Source: Candidatus Latescibacterota bacterium
Lineage (GTDB): Bacteria > Latescibacterota > UBA2968 > GCA-2709665
Assembly: GCA_965237675.1 (NCBI GenBank)
Contig: OZ250150.1
Location: 4,832,001-4,896,000, forward strand
DNA length: 64,000 nucleotides
Reading direction: 5' to 3'
Below, in pieces: positions 21,413 through 33,050 of this stretch; position 1 is the stretch's first letter, and each line of letters begins with the position of its first letter. The translations under genes were made by a program, and so were the position numbers. The notes beneath the pieces were generated by a model that did not search any database, was not told where the DNA came from, and saw nothing but the letters and a program-made list of their open reading frames with translations.

Positions 21413-22771
21413 TCATCCACCATATCCCAACTTGGCCACGAATTCCGTGTCGAACCGACCCTCTTGAAATTCGGAATGTCGCATCGCGCTGAGATGAAAG
21501 GGAATGGTTGTAGGGATTCCCTCGATCACGAATTCCTCGAGCGCGCGGACCATTCGCGCCGTTGCCTCCTCACGGGTGTCGCCATACGCGAGCAACTTCG
21601 CAAGGAGCGAATCATAGTGGGAAGGGACACGATAGCCGGCATAAGCATGGGAATCGATCCGGATGCCCGGACCGCCCGGCGCATGGTAAGTGCGGATTTC
21701 CCCCGCGGAAGGACGAAAGTTGTGTTCGGGATCCTCGGCGTTAATGCGGCATTCGATGGCGTGCCCCGTCGGCTGTATGTCTTCCTGGGTAAACGGAAGC
21801 GGTTCCCCCGCAGCCACCCGGATCTGGGCTTTCACCAGATCGATTCCCGTCACCATCTCCGTGACCGGATGCTCGACCTGGATGCGGGTGTTCATTTCAA
21901 GAAAATAAAAACTCCCCGATGCATCGAGCAGAAATTCCACGGTTCCGGCGCCCGAATAACCCACCGCCCTGGCCCCCGAAACGGCTTCTTTACCCATCCG
22001 CCTGCGCAGATCCTCGTCGACCACTGGCGAGGGAGACTCTTCGATCAGCTTCTGATGACGCCGCTGTATGGAACACTCGCGCTCACCCAGATGCACGATG
22101 TTGCCGGCCTGGTCGCCCATAACCTGGATCTCTACGTGCCGGGGCGCCACGACTTCCTTTTCCAGGTACAGCGTACCCGACGTGAACGCGGCAGAAGCCT
22201 CGGCCTGCGCGGCAGCCCAGGCCCGCTCGAGGCCGTCCGGCGAGGTCACGGTGCGCATCCCCCTTCCGCCACCCCCGGCAACGGCTTTCAGGCGAATAGG
22301 GTATCCGATCTCTTCGGCGGCCCGTTCCGCCTCTGCGAGGGCATGCAATACCCCGGTGCCTGGCACAACCGGCACGGTTGCGGCCATCATCGTTTCCCGG
22401 GCGACGGCTTTGTCACCCATCCTGCGAATGGCTTCCGGCGATGGTCCGATGAACACAATGCCGCACGAAGCGCACATCTCGGCAAAATCGGCATTCTCGG
22501 CCAATGGACCGTACCCGGGGTGAATCGCGTCGGCGTTGGTCACTTCCGCGGCGCTCAGAATCCGCGGGATGTTCCGATAGCTCTGGTCTCCTGGAGGCGG
22601 ACCTATACAGACATCCTCGTCAGCAACACCAATATGCAGGGAATTGGCATCGGCTTCGGAATGAACCGCAATCGTCCGGATACCGAGTTCCTTACATGCC
22701 CGGATGACACGCACGGCGATTTCGCCGCGGTCGGCAACAAGGATCTTATTAAATAAGGGAGTGGATGACAC
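21413..22771 (-). CDS. accC: Acetyl-CoA carboxylase biotin carboxylase
   Basis: [37 protein letters not shown]. Confidence 0.95.
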   Translation of the reverse strand: MSSTPLFNKILVADRGEIAVRVIRACKELGIRTIAVHSEADANSLHIGVADEDVCIGPPPGDQSYRNIPRILSAAEVTNADAIHPGYGPLAENADFAEMCASCGIVFIGPSPEAIRRMGDKAVARETMMAATVPVVPGTGVLHALAEAERAAEEIGYPIRLKAVAGGGGRGMRTVTSPDGLERAWAAAQAEASAAFTSGTLYLEKEVVAPRHVEIQVMGDQAGNIVHLGERECSIQRRHQKLIEESPSPVVDEDLRRRMGKEAVSGARAVGYSGAGTVEFLLDASGSFYFLEMNTRIQVEHPVTEMVTGIDLVKAQIRVAAGEPLPFTQEDIQPTGHAIECRINAEDPEHNFRPSAGEIRTYHAPGGPGIRIDSHAYAGYRVPSHYDSLLAKLLAYGDTREEATARMVRALEEFVIEGIPTTIPFHLSAMRHSEFQEGRFDTEFVAKLGYGG

Positions 22772-22824
22772 GACTGATTCGGTGGGATCGCGGCCAGTAC
22801 CGCCGCAGGGGTGAAAGAAGCGCC

Positions 22825-23298
22825 TTATAGCGGTTCGATGAGGAAAAGAGGTGTGTTGTACTCGACGGGATTGCCATTCTCAACAAGAACTCGAACCACC
22901 CTGCCGCTTGCATCCGCTTCGATTTCGTTCATAATTTTCATGGCTTCAATAATACATAAAGTCTGTCCGACCGACACGACATCGCCTTCCTCCACAAAGG
23001 CCGGCGAGTCAGGGTTGGGCGCGCGATAGAACATGCCGACCATGGGCGAACAAATACTGTGCAACCCCTCGGTCTCGTCGGGTTCGGCGGAAGGGGCTGT
23101 GTCATCGGCATCGGGCGGCCGCGAAGCGGTGTGAAACTGGGCAACCGGCTGGACCGCGGCCGCATCGATGCCCGTGGCGACACGTATTCTTCGAAGTCCC
23201 AGAAAACCACGCTCGATTTCAATCTCCCGGACCTTCTCTTCGCCAACCAGTCCGATCAACGTCTGAAGGGTCTCCATCATGTCTTTGGAGAGTTTCAC
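22825..23298 (-). CDS. accB: Biotin carboxyl carrier protein
   Basis: SPMVGMFY and EAMKIMNEI. Confidence 0.95.
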   Translation of the reverse strand: MKLSKDMMETLQTLIGLVGEEKVREIEIERGFLGLRRIRVATGIDAAAVQPVAQFHTASRPPDADDTAPSAEPDETEGLHSICSPMVGMFYRAPNPDSPAFVEEGDVVSVGQTLCIIEAMKIMNEIEADASGRVVRVLVENGNPVEYNTPLFLIEPL

Positions 23299-23390
23299 GC
23301 GCGCTCCTTCGGAAAATCAACGACCGGCAATAAGGGATCGGGGCACGCCGGCCGACAGGCTCCCCGAACCCGATTCCCATCGCCTCTCGA

Positions 23391-23948
23391 TCAAATTCGC
23401 TCCACGTACGTTTCCGTTCGGGTATCTATTTTCAGAACGTCGCCCCGTTCCACGAAAAGGGGCACCTGGACCGAAGCCCCTGTTTCGAGAACGGCCGGTT
23501 TGCTTCCACCGCTGGCGGTGTCTCCCCGAAGCCCGGGGTCCGTCTCCGTGACCGCCAGTTCCACAAAAATGGGCAACACCACGCTCACGGCGTTTTGCTC
23601 AGCGACCAGAATATCCAGAATCTCGTTCTCTTTCAAATACTTGACTGCGTTTCCCATCACCTCGGGAGACAGTTCATACTGGTCGTATGTTTCGTTATCC
23701 ATAAAACAGTACAGATCGCCGGACTTGTAAAGGAATTGCATCTTCCGCCGTTCCAGCCGGACATCGTCCACCTTGTCGCCCGAACGATACGTCCGGTCTA
23801 TCATTGCTCCCGTCTTCACTCCTTTGAGCCGGGTACGCACGACAGCCGCGCCCTTGCCAGGTTTAAAATGCTCGAACTCGACCATAAAATAAAGATCGCC
23901 GTCGAGGCGCAAGACCATACCATTTCTGAAATCAGACGTTGAGACCAT
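23391..23948 (-). CDS. efp: Elongation factor P
   Basis: KPGKGAA, PGLRGDT, VPLFV. Confidence 0.97.
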   Translation of the reverse strand: MVSTSDFRNGMVLRLDGDLYFMVEFEHFKPGKGAAVVRTRLKGVKTGAMIDRTYRSGDKVDDVRLERRKMQFLYKSGDLYCFMDNETYDQYELSPEVMGNAVKYLKENEILDILVAEQNAVSVVLPIFVELAVTETDPGLRGDTASGGSKPAVLETGASVQVPLFVERGDVLKIDTRTETYVERI

Positions 23949-23957
23949 AGTTCGGAA

Positions 23958-24710
23958 TTATCCTCCAGCGCACGTTCTATCCATCTTCTGAAGTTCCTTC
24001 AGCCGTTTCTTTATCAGTCCATTCCGGGGTTCAAGCTCTCGAACCTGCTCCAGGATGGCCACCGCCTCCTGTATCAGTCCTTGCGTCACGTACAGCTCGG
24101 CAAGGGTGGAAGTCGCGATTGGCGCGTTATCAGAGTCGGAATCGGTAATCGCGGCGGTCTTGTTGTGCGAATCACCGTGGACCAGAAGGTCCCGCAACAG
24201 TTGGGACAGACCCTCGCGTTCTGCCTGGACCTCGTTTGTACCGGTGGTATCGTCTGCCGCCAGGGGCTCCGGCTCGTCGCCGGACCTGGACTCGGAGGCC
24301 CGTTCGTTTTCCGGCTGAGCAACAGCACCGATCTCTGTAACCAGCATCCGGCTCAACGGATCAACCACTCCGGCACACCGGAAACGCTGCAGGGCCTGTT
24401 CCTCGAGGCCCATCCTCCGTTCGATCCTGCCGAGCAACCAGTAGGCCGCCGGATTGTCCGGATCCAGTGCGAGCGTGTCGTAAAGTGCCTGACGGGCTTC
24501 TCCAAGCCGTTCGGCCGCCAGGTGGCATCTGCCCAGGACCAGATGGCCGGTCGGATAGAAGGGACGATATCTTAGCCCCTTCCGACAGATTTCCGTGGCG
24601 CGGTCCACGTTGCCCGATCGCAGCATCTCATCGGCGAGGCGCGCAAACAGGATAGACGTGGGATTCTTGCGACAGATGCTCTCAAGCTTTGCAGGAGATG
24701 TGGTCGTCAT
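23958..24710 (-). CDS. Tetratricopeptide repeat protein
   Basis: TPR-like helices; C-terminal TLAELYVTQG. Confidence 0.75.
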   Translation of the reverse strand: MTTTSPAKLESICRKNPTSILFARLADEMLRSGNVDRATEICRKGLRYRPFYPTGHLVLGRCHLAAERLGEARQALYDTLALDPDNPAAYWLLGRIERRMGLEEQALQRFRCAGVVDPLSRMLVTEIGAVAQPENERASESRSGDEPEPLAADDTTGTNEVQAEREGLSQLLRDLLVHGDSHNKTAAITDSDSDNAPIATSTLAELYVTQGLIQEAVAILEQVRELEPRNGLIKKRLKELQKMDRTCAGG

Positions 24711-25186
24711 CGTCTCACCAACCCATCAAAACCGGACGTGAAGTATAGGAAAAAGACCAAAGCTTGTCAAGGCCGCGACAACAGGCCCGCGCGTCGCGTT
24801 CCGCGCCGACGGCCCGGTTGCATTGCAACACGGCAGGAAAAGGCCGTTTTGTGGCCGCCCTGCAATCGGAATCCCGTCTCAAGCCGTACGACCGCGTCCA
24901 AATCGTCTCCTGGGGTCATCTGTCCGGTTGAAAACCCGAGCCGCGGCATCCAATGTAAAAAACTCTGCGAAAAATACGCCATCAAATCTTGGCTGTCGCC
25001 GGCCGGTTTCCACATTCCCCTGAATTGAACGAGTTTCGGAACCATGCCTGAGGCGAACCGTCTTGATTTTACCATTGCCCGCAGGGTTGAAATTTCCCTG
25101 GAATTGCCTTGTGCGAATATGGGCGATGTGCTATATTCTAACCCGTTTCAGGCTCAATCTCGCATCTGCTTTATCCGCTTGAGGAG

Positions 25187-25714
25187 GTGGTTTTGGAACT
25201 CATCAAGCTATTCGTATCGTTTACGAAGGTCGGCATATTCGCTTATGGGGGCGGGCCATCCATGATCCCGCTGGTCCAGGAGGAAGTGGTCGACGTTCAC
25301 GGCTGGATGACCATTGAGGAATTTACCGACGCGCTCGCGATGGGATATGCCCTTCCCGGTCCTATCGCCACAAAAATGGCCGCCTATATCGGTTACCAGG
25401 TCGCACAGACCCCAGGGCTGATCGTCGCGCTTCTGGGCACAGTCTTTCCGTCGCTCCTCCTGATGATGATTCTGGGACTCTTCTTCATGGCGTATAAGGG
25501 CGCCCCGGCCGTCCAGGCGATGCTCAAGGCTGTCCGGCCGGCGGTTGTCGGCCTTCTTCTCGTCGTGGTCTGGCAGATGGCGCCCAAGTCCGTTAACTCA
25601 TGGCATACGGGCCTGATCGCCCTCGCGGCGTTTGTCGCCATCCATTTCTTGAACCTCCACCCGGCCGTTGCGATCGTCGGCACGGCGGTCCTGGGCCTCG
25701 CCGTCTACCGGTAG
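25187..25714 (+). CDS. Short-chain chromate transporter (CHR family)
   Basis: AYGGG and LPGP motifs; several TM segments. Confidence 0.85.
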   Translation: MVLELIKLFVSFTKVGIFAYGGGPSMIPLVQEEVVDVHGWMTIEEFTDALAMGYALPGPIATKMAAYIGYQVAQTPGLIVALLGTVFPSLLLMMILGLFFMAYKGAPAVQAMLKAVRPAVVGLLLVVVWQMAPKSVNSWHTGLIALAAFVAIHFLNLHPAVAIVGTAVLGLAVYR

Positions 25715-25757
25715 GATTGGTAAAACGGGTATTTCTCTCCGGGGAGCCTGATTCCGC

Positions 25758-26771
25758 ATGATGGACTACTCGATCCTTGAACACAATTCGTTAAAAAATA
25801 GACGTTTAACCGAAAAAGAGATGTTGGCGGTACTCGATACGCCAACCGAAGACCTGCTCCCGCTGATCCACGCGGCCTATCGCGTCCGCTATCACTATTT
25901 CGGGAACAAAGTGCGCCTACACGTGTTGCAGAACGCCAAAAGCGGTCTCTGTCCGGAAGATTGCGCCTACTGTTCCCAATCTGCCGTGTCGACCGCTAAC
26001 ATCAGCAAGTATCCGCTGTTGCCACGGGAACAGATCCTGGACGGCGCCAGAAAAGCCAAGGCAGGACGCGCCTTGCGCTATTGTATTGTCACCAGCGGCC
26101 GAGGCCCCACGGACAGAGAAGTGGAGACCGTTGCCGACACCGTGCGTGAAATCAAACAGACCGTCGATATCGACATCTGCTGCTGTATGGGGCTGCTGGA
26201 CGAAACACAGGCCCGAACGTTGAAAGCGGCCGGTGTGGACCGGATCAATCATAACCTCAACACCAGCGCCCGGCACCATATTAATATCTGCACCACCCAC
26301 ACCTACACGGACCGGCTGAAGACCCTTCAGGCCGTCAAGGCCGCCGGGCTGGAGACCTGTTGCGGGGGCATCATCGGAATGGGCGAGTCCCGACAGGACA
26401 TCGTGGACCTGGCCGTGGCCGTCCGGGAACTCGACATCGATTCGATCCCGGTCAACTTTCTACATCCCATAGAGGGCACGCCGCTCGCCGGGCGAAAACC
26501 GACGACGCCGCAGGACGGTCTGAAGGCACTCTGCCTGTTCCGCTTTGTCAACCCGAATAAAGAAATCCGCATCGCGGGCGGGCGCGAACACACGCTCCGG
26601 TCCCTTCAAGCCCTGGCCCTCTATCCGGCGAACTCCGTCTTTATGGAGGGCTACCTGACTACCGGGGGGCAATCCGTTACGGAAACCCATCGTCTGATCG
26701 AAGATATGGGATTTGAAGTCGAAGAGAAGTGGAAGCCAGAGGACAAAGCAAACGTACTGGTTTGCGATTAA
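25758..26771 (+). CDS. bioB: Biotin synthase
   Basis: CPEDCAYCSQS, NHNLNT, IPVNFL, RIAGGRE, YLTTGG. Confidence 0.95.
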   Translation: MMDYSILEHNSLKNRRLTEKEMLAVLDTPTEDLLPLIHAAYRVRYHYFGNKVRLHVLQNAKSGLCPEDCAYCSQSAVSTANISKYPLLPREQILDGARKAKAGRALRYCIVTSGRGPTDREVETVADTVREIKQTVDIDICCCMGLLDETQARTLKAAGVDRINHNLNTSARHHINICTTHTYTDRLKTLQAVKAAGLETCCGGIIGMGESRQDIVDLAVAVRELDIDSIPVNFLHPIEGTPLAGRKPTTPQDGLKALCLFRFVNPNKEIRIAGGREHTLRSLQALALYPANSVFMEGYLTTGGQSVTETHRLIEDMGFEVEEKWKPEDKANVLVCD

Positions 26772-26804
26772 GAGCGCCGGGTCGCGACAATACACCGGAA
26801 CCTT

Positions 26805-28685
26805 ATGTGGACCTACGATAAACATTACGATATCATTGTTGTGGGTGCGGGGCACGCGGGAACCGAGGCCGCCCTGGCGGGCGCCCGCATGGGATGCAAG
26901 ACCCTGCTGCTGACCATGAATCTCGACACAGTCGCCCAGATGTCCTGCAATCCCGCGGTCGGGGGCATTGCCAAAGGCCACATGGTGCGCGAAATTGATG
27001 CGTTGGGCGGCGAAATGGCGCAGAACATCGATGCTACGGGCCTGCAATTCCGCCTGCTCAACCGACGCAAAGGGCCGGCAGTGCAGGCGCCACGGGCACA
27101 GGCCGACAAAAAAGCGTATCAATTCCGCATGAAATATGTCGTGGAAAGCCAGGCGAACCTGGACCTCAAGCAGGGCCTGATCGAGGATCTGCTGGTTGAC
27201 GACGGGCGAATCAAGGGCATTGTGACCAAATCCAGAACGGTCTTCCTGGCGCAGACCGTCATTCTGACCACCGGCACTTTCCTTAAGGGCCTCATTCACG
27301 TGGGCGACCTGTCCTATAACGCAGGTCGTGCCGGCGAGCAATCCGCCGAACGAGCATCAGACGGGCTCCGGCGGTTGGGGTTTGAACTGGGAAGGCTGAA
27401 AACAGGCACGCCACCACGAATCAACTCCCGCAGCGTGGATTACAGTGTGATGGAAATCCAGCCAGGTGACGAGCAACCGTGCCCTTTCTCCTTCCGTACC
27501 GAGGCCATCACACAGGAACAACTCAACTGCCACATCACTTACACCACGCCAGAAACCCACGATATCATCCGCCGAAATCTGGATCGCTCGGCAATGTACA
27601 GCGGCCGTATCCAGTCCGTGGGACCACGGTACTGCCCTTCGATCGAAGACAAGATCGTTAAATTTGCAGACAAGCAAAAGCACCAGCTCTTTGTGGAGCC
27701 GGAAGGCTACAACACGCTCGAAGTCTATCTCAACGGTCTGTCAATGAGCCTGCCTGAAGATGTTCAGGTCGAAGTTGTCCGCAGCATTCCCGGCCTTGAA
27801 ATGGCGGAAATCATGCGACCGGGTTATGCCGTTGAATACGACTACGTCCCTCCAACCCAGATCCTTCCCACCCTGGAAACCAAACCGGTCCGCGGCCTGT
27901 TTTTCGCCGGACAAATCAACGGCACCACCGGCTACGAAGAAGCGGCCGGACAGGGCCTGATGGCGGGCATCAATGCCGCTTTGCAGGTCAGGAACGAGGA
28001 AGCCCTCATTCTGGACCGCGCCCAGGCTTATATCGGCGTTCTGATTGACGACCTCACCACGAAGGGTACCGAAGAGCCGTATCGAATGTTTACCGCGTTG
28101 GCGGAATACCGTCTGTTGTTGCGGCACGACAACGCCGACCTGCGCCTGACCGAAATCGGTCACAAGATCGGGCTGATTCCTGAAAGCGCCTACGAATCCT
28201 TCAAGCGCCGCGCGGACGCTATTGCCGCCGAACAACGCCGCCTGCAAAGCGTGAGAGTCACGCCCTCAAACCGGGTTCAGAAGACCCTTCTTGAAGCGGG
28301 CACCTCCCCTCTGGCGCAGTCCACACCTCTGATTGATCTGCTGCGCAGACCCCAGCTCGACTACCGGTTTGTTCAGGCAGTGGCGCCCCCACCGGAACCG
28401 CTGCCACCTGATGTATGCCAATCCGTCGAGGTCGAACTCAAATACGAAGGTTATATCCAACGCCAGAAGGCGCAGGTGGCCAGGTTTCAGGATCTGGAGA
28501 CAAAGCGCCTTCCAGACAACATCAATTACCTGGACCTACCCGCCATCTCCCGCGAGGCTGCCGAAAAGCTCTCGCGGGTACGCCCTCGCTCCCTAGGCCA
28601 GGCTTCGCGAATTCCGGGTGTTTCGCCCGCGGACATCTCGACCCTGATCGTCCTCCTGAAAGTCCGCGCCAAGGGCGCGGCATGA
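26805..28685 (+). CDS. mnmG: tRNA uridine-5-carboxymethylaminomethyl modification enzyme
   Basis: [39 protein letters not shown]. Confidence 0.97.
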   Translation: MWTYDKHYDIIVVGAGHAGTEAALAGARMGCKTLLLTMNLDTVAQMSCNPAVGGIAKGHMVREIDALGGEMAQNIDATGLQFRLLNRRKGPAVQAPRAQADKKAYQFRMKYVVESQANLDLKQGLIEDLLVDDGRIKGIVTKSRTVFLAQTVILTTGTFLKGLIHVGDLSYNAGRAGEQSAERASDGLRRLGFELGRLKTGTPPRINSRSVDYSVMEIQPGDEQPCPFSFRTEAITQEQLNCHITYTTPETHDIIRRNLDRSAMYSGRIQSVGPRYCPSIEDKIVKFADKQKHQLFVEPEGYNTLEVYLNGLSMSLPEDVQVEVVRSIPGLEMAEIMRPGYAVEYDYVPPTQILPTLETKPVRGLFFAGQINGTTGYEEAAGQGLMAGINAALQVRNEEALILDRAQAYIGVLIDDLTTKGTEEPYRMFTALAEYRLLLRHDNADLRLTEIGHKIGLIPESAYESFKRRADAIAAEQRRLQSVRVTPSNRVQKTLLEAGTSPLAQSTPLIDLLRRPQLDYRFVQAVAPPPEPLPPDVCQSVEVELKYEGYIQRQKAQVARFQDLETKRLPDNINYLDLPAISREAAEKLSRVRPRSLGQASRIPGVSPADISTLIVLLKVRAKGAA

Positions 28686-29542
28686 GTGTTAGCGCGGAAC
28701 AGGTGCAGGCCATTCTCTCGTTGCTGGCCGACCAGGACGGCGATATTGTGGCCATCGTGAGGGGCAAACTGTTCAGATTGGGCGAGCCGGTTGTTCGCGA
28801 GGTCCTGGAGGCCGCGCCCCGCGGGTCGGCGGCCCAACGGGAGGCGGGACGGGTCCTGCTGTCCCTGAAGGAACCCCCGCTGGAAGCGCAGTTCCGAGAT
28901 CTTCAGGAGGGTCCTACCGGCGACGTCGATCTGGAAACGGCGTCGTTCACCCTGGCCAAGCTCGAATACCCCGCCCTCGACATTCAACGTTACAGAAGCC
29001 GACTCAATAGGATGGCCGAGGATCTGGCACCCTCCATTGCCCCGGACGACCATCCGCTCAGAATTATTCAGACCCTGAACCACTACCTTTTTGAGTTACA
29101 GGGCTTCAGAAGACAAAAAAACGAACCCGTCCTTCCGGCCGCCAGTTACTTGAACCGGGTTCTGGAACGCAAAACGGGGCTGCCCATCTCGATATCGGCG
29201 CTCTTCATTTTTCTGGGCCGCCGGCTCGACCTGCCAATTCTGGGCATCGGGATGCCCTTTCACTTCATCGCCAAATACAAGTCATCGGACGGCATGGAGT
29301 TCCTTTTCGACCCCTACAACAAGGGTCAACTCTTAACGGCGAATGAATGCGCGGAATATCTCTCCAGGTTCGACCTGGAGTTTGAGCCATCCATGCTGCG
29401 TCAATCATCCGACCGGCAAATTCTCACCCGCATGATGTTAAACCTCTGTGCCGCCTACCGATATAAAAAGGATGCGCGAAAGGTCGACACCCTCAACCGT
29501 CTGGTTCGGATCCTCCTCAAGCATTCTCCTTTGCAGGAGTAA
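28682..29542 (+). CDS. SirB1/transglutaminase-like protein
   Basis: [30 protein letters not shown]; ATGA overlap with mnmG. Confidence 0.8.
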   Translation: MSVSAEQVQAILSLLADQDGDIVAIVRGKLFRLGEPVVREVLEAAPRGSAAQREAGRVLLSLKEPPLEAQFRDLQEGPTGDVDLETASFTLAKLEYPALDIQRYRSRLNRMAEDLAPSIAPDDHPLRIIQTLNHYLFELQGFRRQKNEPVLPAASYLNRVLERKTGLPISISALFIFLGRRLDLPILGIGMPFHFIAKYKSSDGMEFLFDPYNKGQLLTANECAEYLSRFDLEFEPSMLRQSSDRQILTRMMLNLCAAYRYKKDARKVDTLNRLVRILLKHSPLQE

Positions 29543-29721
29543 CCGGTTCGTTTCATTCTGAAATCCTCGGCCAGAAGCCAGTGCCGTTGTTCCTTCGCGC
29601 TGCTTTACCGCCGGGATTTCAGAATCCTACACTGAACATCTACCTCATCCCGTCCATGGGCGGCGCACTGGAAGGTCACAATTCCGTCTGCCAGCGCAAA
29701 ATCTGTTACCGTGCTCAAGTC

Positions 29722-30195
29722 ATGCCCGAAAACATCAAAATCGTCGTACAGAACCGCAAGGCCCGGCGAGACTATTTTCTGGTCGACACCTACGAAGCCG
29801 GCGTCGAACTCAAAGGAACCGAGGTGAAGTCACTTCGCCTCGGCAATGCAAACCTGGCAGACAGCCACGCCCGCGTGGAAAACAACGAAGTCTACCTGCA
29901 CAACCTCCACATTGGCGAATACACCGAGGCCAACCGCTTCAATCATGATCCCGTTCGTAAACGCCGGCTGTTGCTGCACAGATACGAAATCAACCGGCTC
30001 AGAGTTCGAACCGAAGAAAAAGGTCTCACGCTTGTTGCCCTGAAGCTCTATTTCAAACGCGGCAGGGCCAAGGTCGAACTGGCCCTTGCCCGGGGTAAAC
30101 GCGAATATGACCGGCGCCGTGACATTGCCGAACGCGACGCGCAGCGCGAGATGCGGCGAGAACTCAAGATACGGCACACGGGATCCGGGATCTAG
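29722..30195 (+). CDS. smpB: SsrA-binding protein
   Basis: NRKAR, EAGVELKGTEVKSLR, GKREYDRR. Confidence 0.95.
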   Translation: MPENIKIVVQNRKARRDYFLVDTYEAGVELKGTEVKSLRLGNANLADSHARVENNEVYLHNLHIGEYTEANRFNHDPVRKRRLLLHRYEINRLRVRTEEKGLTLVALKLYFKRGRAKVELALARGKREYDRRRDIAERDAQREMRRELKIRHTGSGI

Positions 30196-30254
30196 TGTCA
30201 GGGGCGGCTCGATTCCGATCCGGATTCGTCATCTCCATCCTGTCGGGTAGGTCC

Positions 30255-31027
30255 ATGAAAAACGAGTATCGGCGCCGGGCCTTGCTCCCGGCCTGCGTCC
30301 TGGGTGTCTGTCTTGTACTATCGCCGTTTTGTCTTCCCGTGAACGCGGGGACAGCCGACGCGCCCATACTCATTTCCACGTTTCGCATAGACGGTGGCGC
30401 CTACGTTTCCCTTGATGACCTCGCTGAAATATTGAACGGTCGACTCCATCCCTATCCATCAAAGGGGAAAATCGGTTTCCGGACGGGTGGCACCGGTTGA
30501 AAAACCGGTCGAGGCCGTGGGCGCGTCCGTTCGCGAAACACGGCAGTCCAGACCGGGAACGCCGGTAGCACGGACGAATGTCGACCCCGAACGCTGGACG
30601 ATCGACACCATCATCATAGACCCTGGGCACGGCGGCAGGGATCCCGGCACCATGGGAAAACGCCGTCCTCCGCCTGGAAAAGCACGATGCATCAGAGGAA
30701 AAGGACGAAATTGAAGGGATCCAGTTCGGGCTTCTTTCGACGCAGTTCCTGAGAGAAAGCCAGGATCTGGCGGCCGAAATTCGCACCGAGGTCGTGAAGA
30801 ACCTGAGCCCATTGCCCGACCGCGGGGTGCGGCAGGCCAATTTTTACGTGATGCGAGGCACGATGGGGCACATGCCGTCGGTACTGGTTGAAATGGGCTT
30901 CATCTCCAACCCAGGAGAAGAAAAACAGATGAGAACGCGGACGTTTCAGAATGAAATGGCCGAAGCCATCTTCAGCGGTATTCGAAGTTTCAAACGCCGA
31001 TATGAACGACAACTCACCAAAAACTGA
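30255..31027 (+). pseudogene. Fragmented N-acetylmuramoyl-L-alanine amidase (Amidase_3/AmiC-like)
   Basis: Separate ORF pieces: signal peptide + YVSLDDLAEILNG; IIIDPGHGGRDPG; RGVRQANFYV..PSVLVEMGFISN. The central catalytic part (E and SIH motifs) is absent. Confidence 0.75.
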
Positions 31028-31895
31028 TTCGCCGTTGCGGATCGACCTTCCAGGCAGCGATCCGGGATACTATTACGATCCGCGGGTTATGGCCGGTCTG
31101 CACGGCGAGATCAAACTCTCTCCCAGGGTCGAAAGGCATTGCCGTTGTGGCGGCAAGCCTCCTTATCAGGTTTTTCGACGGCCGGATGCCGAACCCTTCT
31201 GGTGCCCATGCCGGCGCTACCGGGCGAAGACTCGCGAGATCAACCGGCTCATCAGGAACTCCGGCATCCCCGGCCCGTTTCGATACCGATTCCTGGACGA
31301 TTTCTACGAAAACTATGAAGGGAAACCGATCGCAGGCGCAGACCAACTCAAACGCCACCTGCGCTCCTTGATCGAAAAGGCCCGCAAACCGAGCGCCGTG
31401 CGCGAGCGCGGCGCCCAGACCAACGCGCTCCCCTCAATGAGAGGATACTTCCTGTCGGGGAAACCCGGTGTGGGAAAGACCTACTTCGCCTATGTCGCGC
31501 TGAACGAGCTCATCTTCCACTCCGTGCGTCCCGGGAAATTCATCAGCCTGTCAAAAGCATTCTTCCAGAGACTGCGATTTGCGTTTGACGAGAACAGCCC
31601 GATGCACGGCAAGTCCGAGGCCTTCTTGCGAACACTCGCCAACGTCCCCTACCTGGTCATCGACGACTTTGGCGTGCAGCGCAATACCGAATGGGAGCTG
31701 GAAATGCTTTACAACCTGGTGGATACAAGATATGCCAACCGGCGTTTCACGATTGTAACCACCAATCAGGACATCGAAAGCGTGAAAGATCTGGCGGAAG
31801 GCAGGCTCTATTCAAGGTTCATTGAAATGTGTTATATCATCCGCATCCAGGCTCCGGACTTCCGGGAACACGCCAGGAAGGAATATGAAATATGA
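31002..31895 (+). CDS. DnaC/IstB-like AAA+ ATPase with Cys-containing N-terminus
   Basis: CRC...CPC, Walker A GKPGVGKT, Walker B LVIDDFG, TIVTTN, RLYSRF. Confidence 0.8.
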   Translation: MNDNSPKTDSPLRIDLPGSDPGYYYDPRVMAGLHGEIKLSPRVERHCRCGGKPPYQVFRRPDAEPFWCPCRRYRAKTREINRLIRNSGIPGPFRYRFLDDFYENYEGKPIAGADQLKRHLRSLIEKARKPSAVRERGAQTNALPSMRGYFLSGKPGVGKTYFAYVALNELIFHSVRPGKFISLSKAFFQRLRFAFDENSPMHGKSEAFLRTLANVPYLVIDDFGVQRNTEWELEMLYNLVDTRYANRRFTIVTTNQDIESVKDLAEGRLYSRFIEMCYIIRIQAPDFREHARKEYEI

Positions 31896-31989
31896 GAGCC
31901 GGGTTCAGGAACCGAAATTGAACGCGGACTCTTCAACCCCCGAACGCTTCACCGGTTTCACACGATTCGCCGTCTTTCGCAGGTTTCCC

Positions 31990-32580
31990 ATGTTGCAACT
32001 GGTGGTCGCCACAAAAAACCCCGGCAAGCTCAGAGAGATCCGGGAAATACTGGGTACGGACGTCAGCGTCCGTTCACTGGCCGATTTCCCTGACATCGGG
32101 GATATCGTGGAGGACGGCAGGACTTTCGAGGCCAACGCAGTCAAAAAAGCGCTTACGGTAGCCTCCCGTACCGGCCACGTGTCCCTGGCCGATGACTCCG
32201 GCCTGGAGGTGGACGCACTTCACGGCGCTCCGGGCGTTTATTCCGCGCGATTCGCCGGCGAAAACGCCACCGACGAACAGAACAACCGCAAGCTCCTCCG
32301 GCTCCTCGAAGGCACCTCGGACGCAGAGCGTACCGCCCGTTTCCGCTGCGTGATTGCCATCGGTGCACCCGACAGCGCGGTACGGACAGCCGAGGGCACG
32401 GCCGATGGCCTGATCCTGTGCAGCCCGCGTGGAACGGGTGGATTCGGCTACGATCCCCTATTCCTGGTTTCCGGCCTCTGCCTTACGTTTGCCGAACTGC
32501 CACCCGAAGAAAAAAACAGAGTCAGCCATCGGGGAAAAGCCCTGCGTGCCATGTCTCTCCTGCTGAACCAGACGCTCTGA
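31990..32580 (+). CDS. rdgB: Non-canonical purine NTP pyrophosphatase
   Basis: ATKNPGKLRE, ADDSGL, GFGYDPLF, SHRGKA. Confidence 0.95.
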   Translation: MLQLVVATKNPGKLREIREILGTDVSVRSLADFPDIGDIVEDGRTFEANAVKKALTVASRTGHVSLADDSGLEVDALHGAPGVYSARFAGENATDEQNNRKLLRLLEGTSDAERTARFRCVIAIGAPDSAVRTAEGTADGLILCSPRGTGGFGYDPLFLVSGLCLTFAELPPEEKNRVSHRGKALRAMSLLLNQTL

Positions 32581-32641
32581 TCCGGGTATTCCGGCGCTCT
32601 GGCAATAGCGGCACTCACTGCAATCGTGCGGGTTCAACTGT

Positions 32642-32857
32642 TCAGCCCGTTTCCGAATCGTCCACCTTGGCACGTCTTTGATACCTCCTTACGCGCCGCG
32701 CGAAGATCCAGACCAGCCCCGCCACCGCCAGATATTTCAATATTACCCACACCCATCCCTCCCATCCCAGAATCACGGGCCAAAGCGCAAGAATCGACAA
32801 CAGGATGAACAAGTCCTCCAGCGCCGCCCAAATCCGCCGTTCACCGCCATTTGACAT
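32642..32857 (-). CDS. Small two-TM membrane protein, unknown function
   Basis: SD GGAGG; two hydrophobic helices followed by a basic tail. Confidence 0.6.
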   Translation of the reverse strand: MSNGGERRIWAALEDLFILLSILALWPVILGWEGWVWVILKYLAVAGLVWIFARRVRRYQRRAKVDDSETG

Positions 32858-33050
32858 GGATCTATCCTCCGCTCAAGTCTTTCAGGCCTTGATCGCGGCT
32901 GCCAATTCCCGGACAGACGCCGGGCCGACCTCGCCCCCGAAGCGACGTGAAGACCCCCGAATGCGGTTCCGGACCGCCCGTTGAAGAACACCGCCCTCGG
33001 ATCGTTTCCGCGTAGACACCGGGGGCACGGTTGGCCATGTCGTCGGGGGT

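Noticed and set aside
21413-22771. AccC motif deviations ([13 protein letters not shown]) as a sign of altered function
   Set aside because: Core ATP-grasp and catalytic motifs are intact and the efp-accB-accC context is standard.
24738-25186. Short ORFs between the TPR gene and the chromate transporter
   Set aside because: No motifs or RBS support; could be a remnant but cannot be supported.
29543-30254. tmRNA next to smpB
   Set aside because: No GGGG..G 5' end with tRNA-like T-arm/CCA 3' end recognised in the flanks.
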